Origin: Candidatus Omnitrophota bacterium
Lineage (GTDB): Bacteria; Omnitrophota; Gorgyraeia; Zapsychrales; Fredricksoniimonadaceae
Assembly (NCBI GenBank): GCA_903944345.1
Contig: CAJARJ010000012.1
Span: 68,266-132,265 of the forward strand
DNA length: 64,000 nt
Direction of reading: 5' to 3'
Shown: in pieces, positions 58,309 through 64,000 of the stretch
Numbering within the stretch: position 1 is the first letter of the stretch
Layout of the letters: each line of letters opens with the position of its first letter
Position numbers and translations under genes: made by a program
Notes under the pieces: generated by a model
Databases searched by the model: none
Told to the model about the DNA's origin: nothing
What the model saw: only the letters and a program-made list of their open reading frames with translations

Positions 58309-59468
58309 TTTATTCCCTTCAGAAAATCTTCAGTTTTCAAACGCGCCCAGGCATCCGCACAGCGGATATCCTCAAGTGAAGGTGCCGCAACACTACGATG
58401 CGCCATAACCGTCTTTTCAACCAGTCGGAAAATCCCGCTTAACCGAATGCGATTTTTTAAGAAAGCTTCTACAGCAACTTCATCGGCGGCATTGAGAACG
58501 GCCGGGAATGTCCCGCCTTTGCGGGCAGCATAATAAGCCAGCTCAAGAGCAGGAAATGATTTGGTGTCCGGAAGCTCAAAATGCAATTTACCTATGGAGG
58601 CCAGATCAAGTGGCTTGAGCGCACTTTTCATCCGCCGGGGATACGTCAAGGCATACTGCAAAGGAAGTCGCATATCGGTAATACCCAACTGTGCCAGCCA
58701 GGCTCCATCCACAAACTCGACCAGCGAATGAATAATCGCTTCAGGATGCACAAGAACTTTAACTTTATCCACACTCATATTAAACAAACGCATGGCTTCA
58801 ATCACCTCAAAGCCTTTGTTCATTAGTGTGGCTGAATCAACAGTAATTTTGGTTCCCATCTTCCAGCGCGGATGCGCCAGGATCCGGTCAACAGAAACCT
58901 TGTCATGCTCGCGCCGCGGAAGACCGCGCAAAGCTCCCCCGGATGCGGTCAGATGCAGCGCCCGGACAGACAACGGATCACAATCGTGCAAACACTGGAA
59001 TATGGCGCTTTGCTCGCTGTCCACAGGGATTACCCTGGCGCCGCTCTGTGCGGCCGCTTGCATAATAATATGACCGGCGATCACCAGCGCTTCCTTGTTG
59101 GCCGGTGCAATTGTTTTTCCCGCCCGGGCCGCCGCCAGAAAAGGATCCAGCGCAACTGCACCAGTCAGGGCAATCACCACAATATCCGCCTCCTTGAGAG
59201 CCGCCATCCGGGACAAGGAATCAGGCGAAGTATCCGATATCTTTCTTCGGGTTACGCCGCTGGCTTTTGCTACAAAATCAATATGCTCGGGAGCTATAGC
59301 AGCATAGCGGGGTTTAAACTGCCTGAGCTGCCGTGCAAAAAGTAATTTATTGTTAAAAGCACTTAAAGCAAGAACCTCGAAACGCTCCGGCATCCGTGCG
59401 ATAACATCAAGAGTATTGATGCCCACAGATCCTGTCGAACCGAGAATTACAACGCGTTTCCTGGGCAT
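58305..59468 (-). CDS. dxr: 1-deoxy-D-xylulose-5-phosphate reductoisomerase
   Basis: GSTGSVG, ANKE, PVDSEQ, HPRWKMG.KITVDSATLMNKG. Confidence 0.97.
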   Translation of the reverse strand: MPRKRVVILGSTGSVGINTLDVIARMPERFEVLALSAFNNKLLFARQLRQFKPRYAAIAPEHIDFVAKASGVTRRKISDTSPDSLSRMAALKEADIVVIALTGAVALDPFLAAARAGKTIAPANKEALVIAGHIIMQAAAQSGARVIPVDSEQSAIFQCLHDCDPLSVRALHLTASGGALRGLPRREHDKVSVDRILAHPRWKMGTKITVDSATLMNKGFEVIEAMRLFNMSVDKVKVLVHPEAIIHSLVEFVDGAWLAQLGITDMRLPLQYALTYPRRMKSALKPLDLASIGKLHFELPDTKSFPALELAYYAARKGGTFPAVLNAADEVAVEAFLKNRIRLSGIFRLVEKTVMAHRSVAAPSLEDIRCADAWARLKTEDFLKGIK

Positions 59469-59473
59469 GAATA

Positions 59474-60295
59474 TTAGAGCTGAGTTAATGTTGAACTCAT
59501 ATACAAATAAAAGGCAGGTGCGGAAAATAAAAGACTGTCAATAATATCCAGCACCCCTCCCATCCCTGGCAGTAATCGCCCCGAATCCTTGACATTACAA
59601 TCTCGCTTAAGCAAAGACTCGGAAAGATCCCCCAACTGACCAAGTCCTCCGAAAAAACACCCCATCAACGCAACAAGTGAAACTGTAAAATATGGAACCG
59701 GCGGAAGCCAGGAACGACACAAAACCGCTACCAGAGCGCTCAGAAAAAGTCCGCCCAACGTCCCCTCCACCGATTTGTTCGGACTGACTCTGGGCAAGAG
59801 CGGATGCTTACCAAAAGCACTGCCAATCAGATAGCCGCCGACATCTCCGGCTTTGGTCACAAGGATAATGAATGCCAGCAGCTTGGCGCCTTCCATACCA
59901 GGCAAAAGAAGACGAATCTTGACCAGAAAACTGAAAAACCACGACACATAAATAACCCCGAACATAGTCGTGGAAAGACCAAGAATCGCGTTACGATTAT
60001 CGTTACGCGCAAACTGCATAAGAAGTATAAGCAGGAAACCGCAAACAATAAACAGCAATTCCCAATTTCTTGTCAGCTCAAATCGGAAAAAGATAGATAA
60101 AGGAATCAGAAGTCCGATAAAGATTCCGGTGTAACTGTAGATAGGAATGTCTTTCTTCTTGATCAGATAAAAAAATTCGTAAAGACCACCGGCAGTCAAA
60201 AAAAGAGCGAGAAGAATAAAAACAAATGGATTAAAAATAGCCAGGGTGGTAACTCCTACCCCGATTACACTGCTAATCAGTCGCGAATAACTCAT
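59474..60295 (-). CDS. cdsA: Phosphatidate cytidylyltransferase
   Basis: SPNKSVEG, GDL.ES.LKR...VKDSG. Confidence 0.95.
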   Translation of the reverse strand: MSYSRLISSVIGVGVTTLAIFNPFVFILLALFLTAGGLYEFFYLIKKKDIPIYSYTGIFIGLLIPLSIFFRFELTRNWELLFIVCGFLLILLMQFARNDNRNAILGLSTTMFGVIYVSWFFSFLVKIRLLLPGMEGAKLLAFIILVTKAGDVGGYLIGSAFGKHPLLPRVSPNKSVEGTLGGLFLSALVAVLCRSWLPPVPYFTVSLVALMGCFFGGLGQLGDLSESLLKRDCNVKDSGRLLPGMGGVLDIIDSLLFSAPAFYLYMSSTLTQL

Positions 60296-61035
60296 CTGGA
60301 ATCCTCCACCCCGGTTCCGGAAACCGCCCCGAAACGACGGGAACGCCGCTGAAACTCGGCAACCGCCTTGTTAAGTTCCGCCGCATCGAAATCAGGCCAG
60401 AATTTGTCCACAAAATAAAATTCGGCATACGATAGCTGCCATAACAAAAAGTTGCTGATCCTGATTTCACCGGAAGTCCGTATAAGCAAATCCGGATCGG
60501 GCAGCCCTCCCGTGTAAAGGCGCGAGGAAATCAAATCCTCTGTAATCTCACCCGGAGTTAATTTCCCGGAAACACAATCCAAAGAAACAGACCGCACGGC
60601 ATCCAGAATCTCCTGACGACTGCCATAATTAAAGGCCACATTGAGCACCAGCCCGGTATTGCCGGCGGTTTTCTGCATGGCCCGGTCAAAAACAGCAAGA
60701 ACCGCAGGCGGCACACCCTGCCGACGACCGCAATGCCTGAAAACAACCCCGTTGTCGTGCAACTTCTTCAGCTTTGATTCAAGAGCCATAATCAGGGTGC
60801 GCATCAACATATTAACCTCGGCCTCCGGCCTTGACCAGTTCTCGGTAGAGAACGTATACAGGGTCAAAACCTTGACGCCCAGCCTGCTAGCTTCCAAAAC
60901 AATCTCGTCGACTCTTTTGACACCTTCCAGATGCCCCTGCGGACGCGACAAACCACGCGATTTAGCCCATCTTCCGTTACCATCCATGATAACAGCGATA
61001 TGAACAGGAACAAGCTTTCCGGCATTATTCTTCAT
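60292..61035 (-). CDS. uppS: Undecaprenyl diphosphate synthase
   Basis: HIAVIMDGNGRWA, FSTENW.R, RTSGE.RISNFLLWQ. Confidence 0.96.
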   Translation of the reverse strand: MKNNAGKLVPVHIAVIMDGNGRWAKSRGLSRPQGHLEGVKRVDEIVLEASRLGVKVLTLYTFSTENWSRPEAEVNMLMRTLIMALESKLKKLHDNGVVFRHCGRRQGVPPAVLAVFDRAMQKTAGNTGLVLNVAFNYGSRQEILDAVRSVSLDCVSGKLTPGEITEDLISSRLYTGGLPDPDLLIRTSGEIRISNFLLWQLSYAEFYFVDKFWPDFDAAELNKAVAEFQRRSRRFGAVSGTGVEDSR

Positions 61036-61124
61036 GGTTCCACCAAAAAAATGGGGGATAGAATCCCCCATACCAGTTTTTGCCTGCGACGTATGTGCCC
61101 AAGGCAATTTAAAGTCTGCAAAAA

Positions 61125-61550
61125 CTACGGTGAAGAAACAGGGTTCGTTTGCGAGCCCTCATTCATGCCCGCATCTTCCACCAAAGCGGATTGGGCAGCC
61201 CGGGAATCCAGCAAAGCTTTTTCTTTCCTGGCAAGCTCAAGATCCTTCTCTAAAGAAGACTTCGCGCGATCCAGCTCCTGCATCTGACTTTTTAACCTGG
61301 CGGCCTGGCTCTTTTCCTTATCCAGCACTTCCTGGCTTTTGGAAAGCTTCACCTGAGTTGTCTGCAAATCCGCTTCAAGCTTTTTTATGCGATATTCACT
61401 CTTTTGCAGCTCTTCTTCGGCAATCATTCGGCTGTAACGTTCCTGCTCAAGAATTTTGGTGACATCCGCATTCTCGCGATTAAAACGAAAAAGCAGGATA
61501 AAACTGATAATTGCCGAAACCAGAATCAATCCGATAACAAAGTTTTTCAC
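61125..61550 (-). CDS. Membrane-anchored coiled-coil protein
   Basis: N-terminal TM followed by a heptad-rich helix. Confidence 0.7.
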   Translation of the reverse strand: MKNFVIGLILVSAIISFILLFRFNRENADVTKILEQERYSRMIAEEELQKSEYRIKKLEADLQTTQVKLSKSQEVLDKEKSQAARLKSQMQELDRAKSSLEKDLELARKEKALLDSRAAQSALVEDAGMNEGSQTNPVSSP

Positions 61551-61570
61551 CAGGAAAACCTTATTCAGGG

Positions 61571-62254
61571 TTAATGCTGCACAGAACCATCTTTTGTCAA
61601 CCGGGGCAGAATGACAATTTCGACCCGGCGGTTTCGCTGACGGCCTTCTTTTGTGTCATTAGAGATCACCGGACGGTACTCGCCATAACCGATCACCGCA
61701 AGGCGCTGCGGAGCAACGCCCTTTCCGGTTAAATGATGCAAAACACTCAAGGCCCGGGCAACCGAAAGTTCCCAGTTGGACTTCCAGCCCGAGCGACTGA
61801 TCGATTCGTTATCCGTATGCCCCTCTATTCCGACATCCAGATCAGGAACTGTCGAGCCCAGAACAGCGGCAACTTTCTCAAGCCTGGCAAAAGAATTGGG
61901 CTTGAGCTCCGAGCGCCCCGAGTCAAACAGAACCTCAGCAACAAATGAAATTACAAGGCCTTTCTCCAGCATTTCGATACGAACTTCCTTGTCTGCAATC
62001 TCGTTGGCCAGGCGATCCTCAAGATCCTTCTGGGCACGTTCCATCTCGCTTAACTCGTTCTTGAGATAAGTGATCTTTTCAGATTCAGCCAGACGCCCTT
62101 TTCCGGAGAAAGCGGCACAACCGGAACAAACGAAAACCAGCAACAAAAAAGAGAAGCAATAGTGCAGAGAAGACATCCGGACATTCATAGAAATCCTCTT
62201 GATTTTTTTCAAACTAACATAGCCAATTGGCAAAGTCAAGCTGCACAAAGGCAA
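61571..62254 (-). CDS. OmpA/MotB-family peptidoglycan-binding lipoprotein (start probably downstream)
   Basis: Lipobox-like CSGC, LFDSG, IEGHTD, SNWELS.ARA, NRRVEI. Confidence 0.88.
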   Translation of the reverse strand: MPLCSLTLPIGYVSLKKIKRISMNVRMSSLHYCFSFLLLVFVCSGCAAFSGKGRLAESEKITYLKNELSEMERAQKDLEDRLANEIADKEVRIEMLEKGLVISFVAEVLFDSGRSELKPNSFARLEKVAAVLGSTVPDLDVGIEGHTDNESISRSGWKSNWELSVARALSVLHHLTGKGVAPQRLAVIGYGEYRPVISNDTKEGRQRNRRVEIVILPRLTKDGSVQH

Positions 62255-62272
62255 TCTTTACACCGAAATAGC

Positions 62273-63544
62273 CTAACGGACAATAATTTCATCACGTTCC
62301 GATCCGATAGAAATATATTTGATCGGAACACCGACCAAAGCTTCCAGACGCTTGATATAAGAACGCGCCTGTACGGGAAGCCTGGAAAACTCACGAATAG
62401 CGCCCAAAGGCTTCTGCCAGCCCGGCATTTCCTCGTAAACAGGCTTGGCCCCGCAAAGAACTTCGTAATCATGCGGGAAATCGCTAAAAAGCTTGCCTTT
62501 ATATTTGTAACCCGTACACAACCGGATGGTCTTGAGTTCATCAAGAACATCCAGCTTCATAATGGCCAGTTCATCAAACCCTCCGGTAATGGCAGCGTAA
62601 CGTACAAGTACGCTGTCAAACCAGCCACAGCGGCGAGCTCTTCCGGTTGTAGCCCCGAATTCCTTGCCGCGCGAGCGAATCTCGTCATCCATCTCCTTGC
62701 CGAACTCGGTAGGGAAAGGCCCCTCACCAACTCGCGTTGTATAGGCCTTGACCGCAGCAATCACCTTGTCAATCCTGGTAGGCGCAACTCCACTCCCGCT
62801 GGCAGCTCCACCAACAGTTGTGTTGGAAGAAGTAACAAAAGGATAGGTCCCGAAATCAATGTCAAGAAAAGCCCCCTGGGCGCCTTCGAAAAGAACGGAC
62901 GATTTACGATTGATGGCATCATTAATAAACAAAGCGGTATCACAGACATACGGCTTAAGCCGGCGCGCGTAGGCCTGGTATTCGTCATGAATGGAATCAA
63001 ACGAAAACCCTTCCTGGGAGAAAACCTTTTTGAAGTATTCGTTCTTTTCTTTCAGATTATCTTTCAGCTTGGCCGAAAAGACACGCGGATTCATCAAATC
63101 CACCATACGTATCCCGCAACGAGTGACTTTATCCGCATAACAAGGGCCAATCCCGCGTCCTGTGGTACCTATCTTGTGTTCCCGGATGTTTTCGCGTAAC
63201 CCGTCAAGAATACGATGATACGGCATGACCACGTGACTGTTGACCGCAATCTTGAGCTTGTCGGGTGTAACCCTGATGCCGCGCTTTTTCAAGCCGTCGA
63301 TTTCTTCGAGCAGGGCCTTGGGATCAACCACAACACCGTTGCCGATCACACACACTTTTCCGTCGCGCAAGATCGCGGAAGGAAGTAGATGAAAAACATA
63401 GCGTTCCTGACCAACAATCACCGTATGCCCGGCATTACTTCCGCCCTGATAGCGGACGGTAACGTCCACATCTTTCGAAAGAATGTCGATCAGCTTGCCT
63501 TTACCTTCATCCCCCCACTGGGCCCCGACCACCACTATGTTCAT
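62273..63544 (-). CDS. purA: Adenylosuccinate synthetase
   Basis: GAQWGDEGKGK, GGSNAGHT, GTYPFVTSS, TTGRARRCGW. Confidence 0.98.
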   Translation of the reverse strand: MNIVVVGAQWGDEGKGKLIDILSKDVDVTVRYQGGSNAGHTVIVGQERYVFHLLPSAILRDGKVCVIGNGVVVDPKALLEEIDGLKKRGIRVTPDKLKIAVNSHVVMPYHRILDGLRENIREHKIGTTGRGIGPCYADKVTRCGIRMVDLMNPRVFSAKLKDNLKEKNEYFKKVFSQEGFSFDSIHDEYQAYARRLKPYVCDTALFINDAINRKSSVLFEGAQGAFLDIDFGTYPFVTSSNTTVGGAASGSGVAPTRIDKVIAAVKAYTTRVGEGPFPTEFGKEMDDEIRSRGKEFGATTGRARRCGWFDSVLVRYAAITGGFDELAIMKLDVLDELKTIRLCTGYKYKGKLFSDFPHDYEVLCGAKPVYEEMPGWQKPLGAIREFSRLPVQARSYIKRLEALVGVPIKYISIGSERDEIIVR

Positions 63545-63572
63545 TATTTACCTGTCTTCCTGATATGCTGTT

Positions 63573-63977
63573 TCACAAAAGAAAAAATAGTCCGATCCCG
63601 ACCGCTCCCAAAAAAGCGGCTGACACAGCCAACAACAAAGAACGATACCGGCCAAGCCCCTGCGGCCGCTGCGCCATTTCGAGTAAAGCCTCACCCATCA
63701 ATGGCAGGGCAATCAAAAGAAAGCACTTGAACAACTGATACACGAAAAGAGCAAATAAAATACCGACAGCTCTCCCCGGAAAAACAACATTTAAGGCCAA
63801 CGCACTCACGTGATAACTGGGCGGCCAGACAGCAGCAGTCCAGGCCCATAACAAAGCCAATACCACAGCCGCCAGTGCCGCAAAAGCCGGAGGCCAGCTG
63901 ATTCGCGGCAAGGCCAGGAGTTCAAATTCACGCCGGGGACCTATTCCATACAAACCACACCATTTGGACACAAACAA
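63573..63977 (-). CDS. Membrane protein, probably truncated by the window edge
   Basis: Hydrophobic ORF upstream of purA; start uncertain. Confidence 0.5.
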   Translation of the reverse strand: MFVSKWCGLYGIGPRREFELLALPRISWPPAFAALAAVVLALLWAWTAAVWPPSYHVSALALNVVFPGRAVGILFALFVYQLFKCFLLIALPLMGEALLEMAQRPQGLGRYRSLLLAVSAAFLGAVGIGLFFLL

Positions 63978-64000
63978 TGCCGAATAAAAAATCAGTCCGC

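Noticed and set aside
1-64000. CRISPR array, rRNA, integrase or transposase
   Set aside because: No regularly spaced repeat-spacer series, rRNA-like sequence or recombinase/transposase motifs were seen.

Overview
Bacterial chromosomal window, most genes on the minus strand. Gene content and the architecture of the 42155-44827 protein suggest Candidatus Omnitrophota (inference from recalled family patterns, not from a search). Bases 1-8200 are an AT-richer accessory defence island next to tRNA-Asn. It holds an XRE HTH plus ImmA/IrrE-type peptidase pair (CapH/CapP-like) and a tightly coupled six-gene CBASS-like operon: 70-aa protein, CD-NTase, SLATT 2TM effector, second CD-NTase, 127-aa unknown, permuted NlpC/P60 enzyme. 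It also holds an AbiJ-like gene with a premature stop, and is bracketed by two copies of an inverted-repeat element. The tRNA-Asn(GUU) gene is split at position 35/36 by a 554-nt group I intron with all core helices visible and an HNH endonuclease ORF in the P1 loop. Directly 3' of both tRNA-Asn and tRNA-Tyr lies a related ~190-220 bp non-coding element. It has a covarying hairpin, an identical 11-nt loop and an inverted copy of the T-arm of its own neighbouring tRNA; I know no named family for it. The remainder is mostly housekeeping: recR, dnaX, tex, valS, cimA, aspartate-family biosynthesis, gpsA, sulP, mscL, RND/TolC, recN, pfk, spoVG, ruvB, scpA, trpS, infB-nusA-rimP, proS, tadA/cpaF, rseP-dxr-cdsA-uppS, purA and four more tRNAs. 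All assignments come from motif reading only; no database searches were run.
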